Virus record (IMG/VR): IMGVR_UViG_3300017917_003143
Location: 248,001-312,000 of that record
Strand: one strand, 5' to 3'
Length of the DNA stretch: 64,000 bases
Shown here: positions 47,801 through 56,903 of the stretch, one piece after another
How positions within the stretch are numbered: position 1 is the stretch's first letter
Layout of the letters: every line of letters begins with the position of its first letter
Program-made: the position numbers and the translations under genes
Notes under the pieces: generated by a model
Told to the model about the DNA's origin: nothing
The model's input: the letters and a program-made list of their open reading frames with translations, nothing else
Database searches by the model: none

Positions 47801-49488
47801 TAAGTGGAGCCAATGTACAGATTTCTACTCTGACTCCTAATCGAGTGGTGTATGTTGGCACCGATGACTACTTGGTTGACTCAGCTAACTTTACCTTTAA
47901 CGGTTCTAACGCCAACTTGCAAGGACAGTTGATCGTTGATAACTTTACCATAGATGGTACAGCAATAACATCCAATGCTAACATATCAATAGCATCCAGT
48001 GTCAACGGCAACATAGCAATCACACCTAACGGTAGTGGCAATGTTGTGATAGACAACATTTCTATCTCTGACAACACTATCTATTCTACTGCTGGTAATA
48101 TTGTTCTTGATCCTACTGCTAACATTGTGTTGCCAGATGAGTTGGCTAACTCTGTGCTGTATCTAACAGCTGGCAAAGAAATACAAACTGCCGCCAACTT
48201 TACATTTGATGGTGCTAATCTTGTGTTGTTGGGCCGGGCCAACATTGATAATGTCACTATAGATGGTACGACCATCAGTAGCAATGCCAATCTATCAATC
48301 ACAGCCAGCTCGGGCAATTTGTTATTGACTCCTGGCACCACGGGTGTCACACAGATAAGCTCTACCACAGCACTCACAGTTCCTGTGGGTAACACAGCGC
48401 AGAGACCTGCGACACCCGATCAAGGTGCTGTACGTTTCAACAGTTCCACTTTGGTATTAGAAGTTTGGGATGGTACGCAGTGGGATGTAGTTGGACAAGA
48501 TCTGGCCATCATCACCAGCCAAACAATCAACGGCGACGGAACCACTGTAGCATTTACACTCAACGAAGATACTACATCGGGAGGTATCTTGGTCAGCATC
48601 AACGGTGTGAGCCAGATTCCAGATGTTTCGTACGGAGTAGTTGGAAACATCATTACCTTCACAGAAGCACCGCAAGTTTCAGACGCTGTTGAAGTACGAT
48701 TCCTGACACAGATACAAACAGTGACAGAAATTACCAACACCGTAGGTAACTCTATCGTTGCTGTGGCAGCCAATGTTTCTCAAGTCAACATCACTGGAAA
48801 CTTGTTGCCCACGGCCAACGTGATCTATAGTTTAGGCAACACTAGTTTAAGATGGAAAGATTTATATCTTGCAGGTAATTCTATCTATCTTGGTAATGTC
48901 ATAATAACTAATGCCACAGGAAATACCGTAAGTTTCTTTGCGGCAGATGGAGTGACTCCAGCAACTATTTCCAGTGGCGGCGGGTTGAATATCGGCACAG
49001 GAAATCTCAGTGTTGGCAATATCTTCAACAACAACGCCAACGGTGTAGGTAACATTGGTAGCTCAACTACCTATTTCAATACAGTATTTGCCAAAGCAAC
49101 GTCAGCGCAATACGCTGACTTGGCCGAATACTTTGAGTCAGATCAAGAGTATGACACAGGAACAGTGATGATATTTGGCGGGTCTAAAGAAGTGACTAGA
49201 TCTGTAGAGTACGCTGATCAGCGACTGGCTGGAATAGTGTCAACAGATCCTGCGTTTGTAATGAATGCAACACAGCCCAATTCTCTACCCATTGCTATGG
49301 CAGGACGTGTACCTTGCTGGGTCATTGGTCCTGTGAGCAAAGGTGACGTTCTGACTACTAGCGGCGTGCCAGGGCATGCTGTCAAGCTGTTCAATGATCA
49401 CTGGAAACCCGGCGTTATTGTAGGTAAATCGCTGGAATCATGTCCTGAAGGCCACCATAAAATCATGGTTGTAGTAGGGGCCTGGTAA
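44884..49488 (+). CDS. Long tail-fibre-like protein (1534 aa) with 19-aa repeats and a C-terminal autocleaving chaperone-like (Peptidase_G2-like) domain
   Basis: ATGNITGGNL(I/V)SNA repeats; two VEDPII...NDGKDRG modules; YADLAEYFE...GRVP...KGD C-terminus. Confidence 0.8.
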   Translation: MAIQRVSGNILQDNLQRGANLSIQGNLAYFDVVDNRVGINTSTPLQDLSIAGNLGVGNYIVVDAEVISSAGNIVLLPTGNVSVSNVYIQDVLDPIQAQDAATKNYVDTSLSSFLTFEDDGANTTSISAGDTVFFNGTANEVSVVVSSLAVTFGLPDDVIVGNSLSVTGNFDAANIYTGGNIIAIGNIEGGNIISEGAVIGNIQITGNITVNNITVLGNTTSNNASIGNILTVGGNITGGNLISNAGIYGTTANVTGNVSVGNLTITSTAANRVLYTDANKNITTTANFTFDGSQLVLTGTANVSSNVFVGNLYSAALINAVGNITGSNVIANGNVNGNYVNVTKDIYAGGNAIIDGNLTINGDLIYENVTTLAVEDPIISLGRGANNTPLVSNDGKDRGEQLWYYSGAEKSAFIGYDNSAGNLIAAVDVTIANEIVTVNQYGTWQVGNIYAQTALITGNVSFGNISTPGQISATGNITGGNLISNAMVSAATTVNATGNVTGGNLVSNAAISAATTISATGNITGGNLISNANISASSAIFATGNITGGNLVSNANISAANAVFATGNITGGNLISNAGIFGTTATITGNIIAGNVSTLGVINVTGNITGGNLISNANISATNAVFATGNVTAGNLVSNASISAATTITAVGNITGGNLVSNANISATTAVFATGNITGGNLVSNANISAASFIFATANIVGGNLISNARIVGNTLDIYGDALVAGNLTVQGNLTYINIDDLRVEDPIIQLGGGANGNALVTNDGKDRGTLLTYYTTGPGNAFVGWDNSSGNMIIASNVSIANEIVTVNAYGTFQAGNIYAESAVITGNTSFGNISTPGQISATGNITGGNLISNANISAASFVFATANIVGGNLVSNANISATNAVFATGNITGGNLVSNASISAATTISATGNITGGNLVSNAAISAATTINATGNITGGNLVSNASISAATTISATGNITGGNIVSNALVSGANVQISTLTPNRVVYVGTDDYLVDSANFTFNGSNANLQGQLIVDNFTIDGTAITSNANISIASSVNGNIAITPNGSGNVVIDNISISDNTIYSTAGNIVLDPTANIVLPDELANSVLYLTAGKEIQTAANFTFDGANLVLLGRANIDNVTIDGTTISSNANLSITASSGNLLLTPGTTGVTQISSTTALTVPVGNTAQRPATPDQGAVRFNSSTLVLEVWDGTQWDVVGQDLAIITSQTINGDGTTVAFTLNEDTTSGGILVSINGVSQIPDVSYGVVGNIITFTEAPQVSDAVEVRFLTQIQTVTEITNTVGNSIVAVAANVSQVNITGNLLPTANVIYSLGNTSLRWKDLYLAGNSIYLGNVIITNATGNTVSFFAADGVTPATISSGGGLNIGTGNLSVGNIFNNNANGVGNIGSSTTYFNTVFAKATSAQYADLAEYFESDQEYDTGTVMIFGGSKEVTRSVEYADQRLAGIVSTDPAFVMNATQPNSLPIAMAGRVPCWVIGPVSKGDVLTTSGVPGHAVKLFNDHWKPGVIVGKSLESCPEGHHKIMVVVGAW
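46290..47800 (+). repeat. Two arrays of imperfect 57-bp (19-aa) tandem repeats
   Basis: Unit approximately gccacaggtaacatcactggtggtaatcttgtaagcaatgcc..., repeated more than 15 times around an intervening domain; boundaries approximate. Confidence 0.85.
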
Positions 49489-49556
49489 AAAACTGCACAC
49501 GAAACCATTTTTTAAACTGCCGCTAAATATAATCATAGAGCGGAGCGACATGATTT

Positions 49557-52500
49557 ATGCCAATTACACGGATTAAAAATAACCAAGTTACTGATGCGTC
49601 AGCCGGTAACATTTACCTGGGTATCAATGCCGCAGTTAAACTGCAGGACTACTCAATCACAGCTGGTAAGATTGCCAACAGCTTGGTCTACGGATCAGAC
49701 CTTACAGTTACAGGTAACTTAACAGTCAATGGTCAAACAACTACTATCGATACGGTCAGTGTTGTCATTGAAGATCCTATACTGTATTTGGCCGCAAATC
49801 AAACAGGCTCTCCAAGTTTAGACATTGGTTACATTGGTGAGCGTGGTACCAGCCAAAATATTGCTTTTGTTTGGGACGAATCCGCAGGTGAGTTTGTCAC
49901 AGTTTATACCAACGACACCACGACCAACAGCACTGTAACCATTGCCAGCTACGCCAACTTCCATACCAACGATGCCAACATTGGTGGTAACATCGTAATC
50001 AACGGCACATCGAGTTTTGTTGGAAACATAACAGGCAACTTGGCAGTAACAGGTAACTTCCGTGCTGGTAATATCGCTACCGCAGGACAAATTTCTGCCA
50101 CTGGTAATATTTCTGGTGGTAATTTAATTTCCAACGCCGCTATATCTGCGGCAACAACTTTAAGTGTAACTGGCAACGCCAACGTTGGCAATCTTGGCAC
50201 AAACATCATTATAGCTACAGGTAATATCACCAGCTCTGCAAATGTACAAGCTGGTAACTTGATCGCCAATGGTGCTGTGATTGGCAACGTAACAGTCACA
50301 GGCAACTTGAGTCTGGGTAATCTCAGCGTTACTGGAGTAATCAATACCACAGGCAACATCACTGGTGGAAACTTGGTTTCCAATGCCATGGTATCAGCCG
50401 CTACCACAGTCAATGCTACTGGTAATATCACTGGTGGTAACTTAGTATCTAATGCTTCTATCTCAGCTGCCACTACAGTCAACGCCACTGGCAACATCAC
50501 TGGCGGTAATTTAATATCCAATGCCGCTGTTGTGGCTTCAGGATTGATTTCGTCGGGTACAACTATCAGTGCTACTGGTAACATTACCGGCGGTAATATT
50601 ATTTCTAACTCTTTGATACAAGGTGGAAATCTAAGTATCACAGGAGAGGCGCTGATTGCTGGAAACTTGACAGTCCAAGGCAACTTGACATACATCAACA
50701 TTGATGATTTGCGTGTTGAAGATCCAATCATCCAGTTGGGCGGCGGTGCCAACGGTAATGCTCTAACAACCAACGACGGTAAAGACCGCGGTGTGTTGAT
50801 GACCTACTACACATCGGCGCAAGGCAATGCGTTCATGGGTTGGGATAACTCAACTGGTAACATGATCATTGCTCCAAACGTATCGTTGTCTGGTGAAATA
50901 GTCACGGTCAACGGTTGGGGTAACTTCCAATCAGGTAACGTTTTTGCCACAGGCAATATCACTGCCACAGGCAACATAGCTGGTAACTTTGTAGCACCTG
51001 GATCTAACACCCAGGTCATGTACAACAATAACGGTCTCATTGCTGGTGATTCGGGCATGACCTATAACGCAACCACAGATGCACTTACTGTGGTTGGAAA
51101 CATCACTGGTGGTAACTTAGGTACCGCAGGTCAAGTCACTGCCACAGGTAATATCACTGGCGGTAATATTATCACAGCTGGTAACGTCAACGGTAACGGT
51201 GCTTACTTCACCGGTAACATTACCACACTGGGTAACATCAATGCCACAGCCAACGTTATAGCTACAAACTCTGGTGTGTTTTACGGTAACTCAGTCACAG
51301 GTAATGCCGCACTGTTTGCAGGTGTACCTGGATTTACCACCTTGGGTTCAAACGTTGTTGTACAGTTTGCTGGTAACGTCAACAACTACAGCCAGATCAA
51401 CTTTGAGAATACTAACTCAGGCAACCGTGCATCTACAGATTACATCCTAACCAATGATCAAGGTACAGACAGCACATACTTTGCTGACTGGGGTATTGCA
51501 TCAAGCAATCATGACGATCCTACTTTCTTTGGTGATTCAGGAACTAAAAACGATGCTTACTTGTATGTAGTTGGTAACTCATCCACTGGTTCAGGCAGCC
51601 AAAACGTTGGTAACTTGATCTTAGGTTCAACCAATGGCAACGTTAAGACTTTCGTAGGCAACACAGCACAAGCCAATGTAATAACTACAGCGGCCACAAC
51701 TGGTTTCTACATTGAAAAAGGCAACTTATACACTGCTAATATCACTACCACAGGTAGCCGCATCACAGTCAACAACGGTACAGCTGATATTGACTTTGCT
51801 GTCAATGGTACATCAGCTAATATATTCTACATTGATGCAGGCACTGGCACAGCCAGCTTTGGTACTTCAACACAGACTACCAATGCTATAGTAGCATTTA
51901 ACGCTACAAACTCTATCCTGGCTCCTGTTGGTAATACAGCACAGCGTCCTGGTACAGGTGTTGCTGGTATGGTACGTTTTAACACCACAACATCTAGCTT
52001 GGAGTTCTATGATGGCACACAGTGGGTATCCACAGGTACTATCTTTACAGTGGTCCAAAGCCAAACATTCAATGGCGATGGTACAACTGTAAACTTTACA
52101 ATCAACTCTGGCTACACCACAGTCAGCTGTTTGGTTTCTATCAACGGTATTTTGCAAGTTCCAGTGACAGCCTATGCTGTGTCGGGTACAACACTGACAT
52201 TTACAGAAGCTCCTGCTGTGGGCGACTTGATCGAAGTGCGTGAGATTGTTACAACTGTTGCAGTTAAAGGTATCACCAACGCCAACGGTAGTGCTGTAGT
52301 TGAAGTATCTGATACTACCAACTATATCCAAACCACTGGTAACATCATACCTTCAGGCAACGTATTGTACAACCTAGGATCTGCTACAAACAGATTCAAA
52401 GACATATACCTAGCTGGTAACTCTATCACACTCGGTAACATTGTTCTCAAGAATACATCAGGCAATACTCTGTCATTCTTTGGGCCAGACGGTACCACTC

Positions 52501-53120
52501 CTGGTACACTGAGTTCTAACAACGTTGACACCACAAGTATTGCTAACGGAACATCAAACGTACAAACATTGACATCGGGTGCTGTTACAATCAGTGCAGG
52601 TGGTAATGCTAACGTAGTTGTAGTGGCCAATGGTTCAGCCACACTCAAAGGCGACCTACTCAATGGTCAAGCCAACGGTGTGGGCAACATTGGTAACTCA
52701 ACAACATACTTTAATACAGCGTTTATCAAAGCAACATCTGCACAATACGCTGACTTGGCAGAAAACTATGAGGCAGATGCCACATATGAGCCAGGCACTG
52801 TACTTTGCTTTGGTGGAGACAAGGAAGTTATGATCTGTAATCAAGCAGATTGTACCAGTGTAGCAGGTGTAGTATCTACTAATCCTAGTTATCTAATGAA
52901 CTCAGGACAAACTGGCGCACATGTGGCCGCTGTAGCATTGCAAGGTCGTGTACCAACCAAAGTCACAGGACGCATACGCAAAGGTGATTTGATGGTCAGT
53001 GCAGGCGATGGCCGCGCACGAGCCAACAACGAAGCCCGTGCAGGTACTATCATTGGTAAAGCCCTGGCAGACTTCGATGGTCAAGACGGAGTGATTGAGG
53101 TCGTTGTAGGACGAGTTTAA
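49557..53120 (+). CDS. Long tail-fibre-like protein (1187 aa), paralogue of 44884-49488
   Basis: Same GNITGGN repeats and VEDPII module; shares the C-terminal about 330 aa ending KATSAQYADLAE...GRVP. Confidence 0.8.
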   Translation: MPITRIKNNQVTDASAGNIYLGINAAVKLQDYSITAGKIANSLVYGSDLTVTGNLTVNGQTTTIDTVSVVIEDPILYLAANQTGSPSLDIGYIGERGTSQNIAFVWDESAGEFVTVYTNDTTTNSTVTIASYANFHTNDANIGGNIVINGTSSFVGNITGNLAVTGNFRAGNIATAGQISATGNISGGNLISNAAISAATTLSVTGNANVGNLGTNIIIATGNITSSANVQAGNLIANGAVIGNVTVTGNLSLGNLSVTGVINTTGNITGGNLVSNAMVSAATTVNATGNITGGNLVSNASISAATTVNATGNITGGNLISNAAVVASGLISSGTTISATGNITGGNIISNSLIQGGNLSITGEALIAGNLTVQGNLTYINIDDLRVEDPIIQLGGGANGNALTTNDGKDRGVLMTYYTSAQGNAFMGWDNSTGNMIIAPNVSLSGEIVTVNGWGNFQSGNVFATGNITATGNIAGNFVAPGSNTQVMYNNNGLIAGDSGMTYNATTDALTVVGNITGGNLGTAGQVTATGNITGGNIITAGNVNGNGAYFTGNITTLGNINATANVIATNSGVFYGNSVTGNAALFAGVPGFTTLGSNVVVQFAGNVNNYSQINFENTNSGNRASTDYILTNDQGTDSTYFADWGIASSNHDDPTFFGDSGTKNDAYLYVVGNSSTGSGSQNVGNLILGSTNGNVKTFVGNTAQANVITTAATTGFYIEKGNLYTANITTTGSRITVNNGTADIDFAVNGTSANIFYIDAGTGTASFGTSTQTTNAIVAFNATNSILAPVGNTAQRPGTGVAGMVRFNTTTSSLEFYDGTQWVSTGTIFTVVQSQTFNGDGTTVNFTINSGYTTVSCLVSINGILQVPVTAYAVSGTTLTFTEAPAVGDLIEVREIVTTVAVKGITNANGSAVVEVSDTTNYIQTTGNIIPSGNVLYNLGSATNRFKDIYLAGNSITLGNIVLKNTSGNTLSFFGPDGTTPGTLSSNNVDTTSIANGTSNVQTLTSGAVTISAGGNANVVVVANGSATLKGDLLNGQANGVGNIGNSTTYFNTAFIKATSAQYADLAENYEADATYEPGTVLCFGGDKEVMICNQADCTSVAGVVSTNPSYLMNSGQTGAHVAAVALQGRVPTKVTGRIRKGDLMVSAGDGRARANNEARAGTIIGKALADFDGQDGVIEVVVGRV

Positions 53121-53138
53121 TCGGTGCTTCTGTACCAC

Positions 53139-53169
53139 AAAATAGGGCTACTCGTGGCCCTATTTTTTT
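53139..53169 (+). terminator. Rho-independent terminator
   Basis: AAAATAGGGCTA-CTCG-TGGCCCTATTTT-TTT. Confidence 0.85.
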
Positions 53170-53199
53170 CCATAAATATTGGGTAGACTAAGGTAAAAA

Positions 53200-56100
53200 A
53201 TGGGATTAACTAGACCTCGTGCCGCGCAGATATATGACATCGACTATAAACAGGCGGTGCGTGTCATAACCACTACTAATATCACGCTGTCGGGTGGTGC
53301 GCCTACAGTGGTCGATGGTGTGACATTAAGTTTAAACGATCGTATTCTTGTCACAGGACAATCAACAGCTAGTCAAAACGGTATCTATCGCGTTAGCGTG
53401 GTTGGCACTGGTGCCAATGGTACTTGGGTAAGAACCACTGATACCAACGAAACTGGAGAGCTGTTGTCGGGTACCATTGTCATGGTCACCGAAGGTTCTA
53501 CCTATGCTGACACATCTTGGAAACTTACAACCAATGATCCAATAACTATTGGAACCACAGCACTGACATTTGAGATTAACACTGGCAACGCATTTGGTGT
53601 TATCTCTGCCAATGGAACATCTGTTGTAGCAAACTCTGCCACAGGTACAGTTACCTTTAGCACAGCCAATAACTTAATCATAACAGGTAATGCTACTTCA
53701 GACACAGTGACCTTTGAAGTCAGCCAAAGTCCTAACTTTACTGGTACAGTAAACATCAGCGGTGTTGTGGGTAGTAACCTTATACCCAGCGCCAACATCA
53801 CATACAATCTTGGTAACACAACCAACCGTTGGAAAGACATTTGGCTATCTAACAGCACTATCTATCTTGGTAACGCCCAGATATCTGCCAACGCTACATC
53901 ACTGATATTGACCAATCCACAAGGTGCGCAAACGGTGCTGTCTGGAACCACTCCGGATATATCAGCATCAACTGTTACAGCCACAGGTAATATCACAGGT
54001 GGTAATCTTACAACCTCAGGAAGACTATCAGTTACAGGCAATGCCAATGTAGGTAACTTAGGCACCACCAATGCTGTATTGGCAGGTACGTTGACTGGAG
54101 TTACAACTATTTCTGCTTCGGGCAATGCCAATGTAGGAAACATAGGTGCTACCAATGCTGTATTGGCAGGAACATTAACAGGTGTTACAACCATATCAGC
54201 ATCAGGCAATGCCAACGTGGGTAACTTAGGTGCTACCAATGCTAACCTAAGCGCAATCACTGTGTCGGGCAATGCCAATGTGGGTAACATTGGTGCAACC
54301 AATGCCAACGTCACTGCTATCACAGCTACTGGCAATGCCAACGTGGGTAACTTGGGCTTTGGTACAGGACAGATCACAGGTACTGGTAACATCACTGGCG
54401 GTAACTTAAACATTACTGGTAACATAGTTGATACCGGTGCATTATTTTTAATCACTGGATCCAGCGGCAATGTTACTTTAGCCCCTAATGGATCTAATGT
54501 AGTTGTAGCAACAACTACTGGTGCCAACATCACAGGCACACTCAATGCCACTGGCAATGCCAACGTTGGTAATCTTGGTGCTACCAATGCGGTACTAGCT
54601 GGATCGCTGACAGGCGTAACAACAATATCTGCTTCAGGCAATGCCAACGTAGGTAACTTAGGTGCTACCAACGCTAACTTAACAGCTATCACAGCCACTG
54701 GCAACGCCAACGTGGGCAATCTTGGCACAGCTGGATTGATCGTTGCCACAGGTAACGTCACAGGTGGCAATCTTGTAACAGCAGGTCAAGTAACAGCGTC
54801 TGGTAATATCACAGGCAACTACTTGTTGGCCAATATTACCTTTGCCAGCGGCTACAATACTACCAAATTATTCAACGGAACCTCAGAAGCCAACATTGGT
54901 ACATCGGGCGGCAATGCCAACATTACCATTGGCGGAGTTTCCAATGTCGCTGTGTTTAGTACAGCAGGTGCCAATATCACAGGCACATTGGGTGTCACGG
55001 GCAATATCACAGGCGGCAACCTATCAGGTACATTGGTCACTGGTACATTAACCACAGCCGCTCAACCCAACATTACATCTGTTGGTACACTGACTAGTGT
55101 GTCGGTAACAGGCAACGTGTCAGGTGGCAATCTGGTCACAACAGGTACAGTGTCAACAGGTACACTGACTACAACAGGAAACGCCACTGTCGCTGGCAAC
55201 CTTACGGTCAGCGGTAATGTTATATCGGTCAACGTCACAAATTTAAACGTAGTCGACCCAATCATTGGAGTTGGCCGAGGAGCCAATGACTCACCACTCA
55301 CTACCAATGATGGTAAAGATCGAGGTGAACAACTTTGGTATTATACCACTTCTGAACAGTCGGCATTTATTGGTTATAAAAACTCTACTGGCAAACTCAT
55401 AGCCGCAACCAATGTTTCTATTTCCAACGAAGTAGTCACTGTAAACAGCTATGGTAACCTGGTTGTTGGTGGACTTGAATCCACAACTATATCTTCAAGT
55501 GGTAATGCCAACGTCGGTAACTTAGGCACAGCAGGACAAATTACTGCCACTGGCAATATCACTGGCGGTAACTTAACAACAGCTGGCAACATCACAGGCA
55601 ACTACTTGTTGGCCAATATTACTTTTGCCAGTGGATACAATACAACTAGACTATTTAATGGTACGTCAGAAGCCAACATTGGTACATCAGGTGGTAACTT
55701 ATCTGTAACTATTGGCGGAACAAGCAACGTCATGGTTGTTTCTTCGTCTGGTGCCGCTATCACAGGAACGCTAACATCAAGCGGTAACGCCAACGTTGGT
55801 AACTTAGGTACTGTAGGGTTGATTGTTGCCACAGGTAATGTTACAGGCGGTAATATTGTAACAACAGGTTTGGTCAGCACTGCTACATTGTCTGCCACTG
55901 GTAATGCTAATGTAGGCAACTTGGGTGCCACCAATGCCAACTTAACAGCTATTACTGCCACTGGTAATGCCAATGTGGGCAACTTGGGTACCGCTGGACA
56001 AGTCACTGCTACAGGCAATGTCACAGGTGGTAACTTGATTACCACAGGCTTGGTATCTATTGGAACTACCCTAAGTGTCACAGGCAATGCCAACGTTGGT

Positions 56101-56880
56101 AACCTAGGATTTGGCACAGGTCAAATCACAGGTACTGGTAACATCACTGGTGGTAACTTAAATCTTACAGGTGGTATATTTGACAGCACTGGTGCGCTGA
56201 ACTTAACAACCACTACAGCTTCTAATATTGCTCTAGCAGTGAACAGTAGTAATATCATTGTTGCCACTGCCACTGGTGCCAACGTTACAGGTACACTCAA
56301 TGCCACAGGTAATGCCAATGTGGGTAACTTAGGCACATCAGGATTGATTGTTGCTACAGGAAACATTACATCATCTGGCAATGTATCTGGCGGAAACATT
56401 TTAGGCAATGGTTATAACCTGACAGGAATCAATACGTTTAGTACCATCGCGGTCACAGGTGCTAATACGATCACTGCTGATTCTATTGCGGACACATTGA
56501 CTTTGGTAGCTGGTGCAGGTATTACCATTGTAACCAACGATAGCACAGATACCATCACTATTGCCGCATCTACTTCGGGCAGTGAAATCTTTGTCGATGG
56601 TGCCGATTTTGGCACAGTGACAGAAGCAGTGACGCTGAGTCAAGACTTAGGATTGATAACCCAGGCTGTTGATGCACAGAGCGACCTTGGCGAGATTGTT
56701 ACATCGGGTGTTTTCTACCCAACTCAGTTGGTGCTACCAAGCTACACAGTCGCAACACTGCCCAGTGCTACGATTCCAGCACAGTTTATCTACGTTAGCA
56801 ACGCTACAGGCGGTGCTATCACAGCTTTTAGTGACGGAACTAACTGGCGCCGCACCAGCGATAGAAGCATCATTAACTAA
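53200..56880 (+). CDS. Long tail-fibre-like protein (1226 aa) with GNANVGNLG repeats
   Basis: N-terminal VRVITTTNITLSGG...DGVTL...RILVTGQ...QNGIY fibre module; many (T/S)GNANVGNLG repeats; no YADLAE domain. Confidence 0.8.
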   Translation: MGLTRPRAAQIYDIDYKQAVRVITTTNITLSGGAPTVVDGVTLSLNDRILVTGQSTASQNGIYRVSVVGTGANGTWVRTTDTNETGELLSGTIVMVTEGSTYADTSWKLTTNDPITIGTTALTFEINTGNAFGVISANGTSVVANSATGTVTFSTANNLIITGNATSDTVTFEVSQSPNFTGTVNISGVVGSNLIPSANITYNLGNTTNRWKDIWLSNSTIYLGNAQISANATSLILTNPQGAQTVLSGTTPDISASTVTATGNITGGNLTTSGRLSVTGNANVGNLGTTNAVLAGTLTGVTTISASGNANVGNIGATNAVLAGTLTGVTTISASGNANVGNLGATNANLSAITVSGNANVGNIGATNANVTAITATGNANVGNLGFGTGQITGTGNITGGNLNITGNIVDTGALFLITGSSGNVTLAPNGSNVVVATTTGANITGTLNATGNANVGNLGATNAVLAGSLTGVTTISASGNANVGNLGATNANLTAITATGNANVGNLGTAGLIVATGNVTGGNLVTAGQVTASGNITGNYLLANITFASGYNTTKLFNGTSEANIGTSGGNANITIGGVSNVAVFSTAGANITGTLGVTGNITGGNLSGTLVTGTLTTAAQPNITSVGTLTSVSVTGNVSGGNLVTTGTVSTGTLTTTGNATVAGNLTVSGNVISVNVTNLNVVDPIIGVGRGANDSPLTTNDGKDRGEQLWYYTTSEQSAFIGYKNSTGKLIAATNVSISNEVVTVNSYGNLVVGGLESTTISSSGNANVGNLGTAGQITATGNITGGNLTTAGNITGNYLLANITFASGYNTTRLFNGTSEANIGTSGGNLSVTIGGTSNVMVVSSSGAAITGTLTSSGNANVGNLGTVGLIVATGNVTGGNIVTTGLVSTATLSATGNANVGNLGATNANLTAITATGNANVGNLGTAGQVTATGNVTGGNLITTGLVSIGTTLSVTGNANVGNLGFGTGQITGTGNITGGNLNLTGGIFDSTGALNLTTTTASNIALAVNSSNIIVATATGANVTGTLNATGNANVGNLGTSGLIVATGNITSSGNVSGGNILGNGYNLTGINTFSTIAVTGANTITADSIADTLTLVAGAGITIVTNDSTDTITIAASTSGSEIFVDGADFGTVTEAVTLSQDLGLITQAVDAQSDLGEIVTSGVFYPTQLVLPSYTVATLPSATIPAQFIYVSNATGGAITAFSDGTNWRRTSDRSIIN

Positions 56881-56903
56881 TAAATATGATACAGGAATAA
56901 CAC

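Noticed and set aside
46230-56408. Long antisense ORFs (for example 46230-47036, 49949-50773, 53862-54770)
   Set aside because: They mirror the repetitive GGT/AAC/ATC/ACT codons of the fibre genes, which rarely create antisense stops; they have no start signals.
44884-56880. CRISPR-like array, suggested by the regular 57-bp periodicity
   Set aside because: The repeats are in-frame, degenerate at third codon positions and have no unique spacers; they are protein repeats.
44884-56880. High density of N-X-S/T sequons (NIT, NIS, NVT) as evidence of N-glycosylation
   Set aside because: Adequately explained by the Asn/Gly periodicity of beta-structured fibres; no oligosaccharyltransferase-like gene is in the window.
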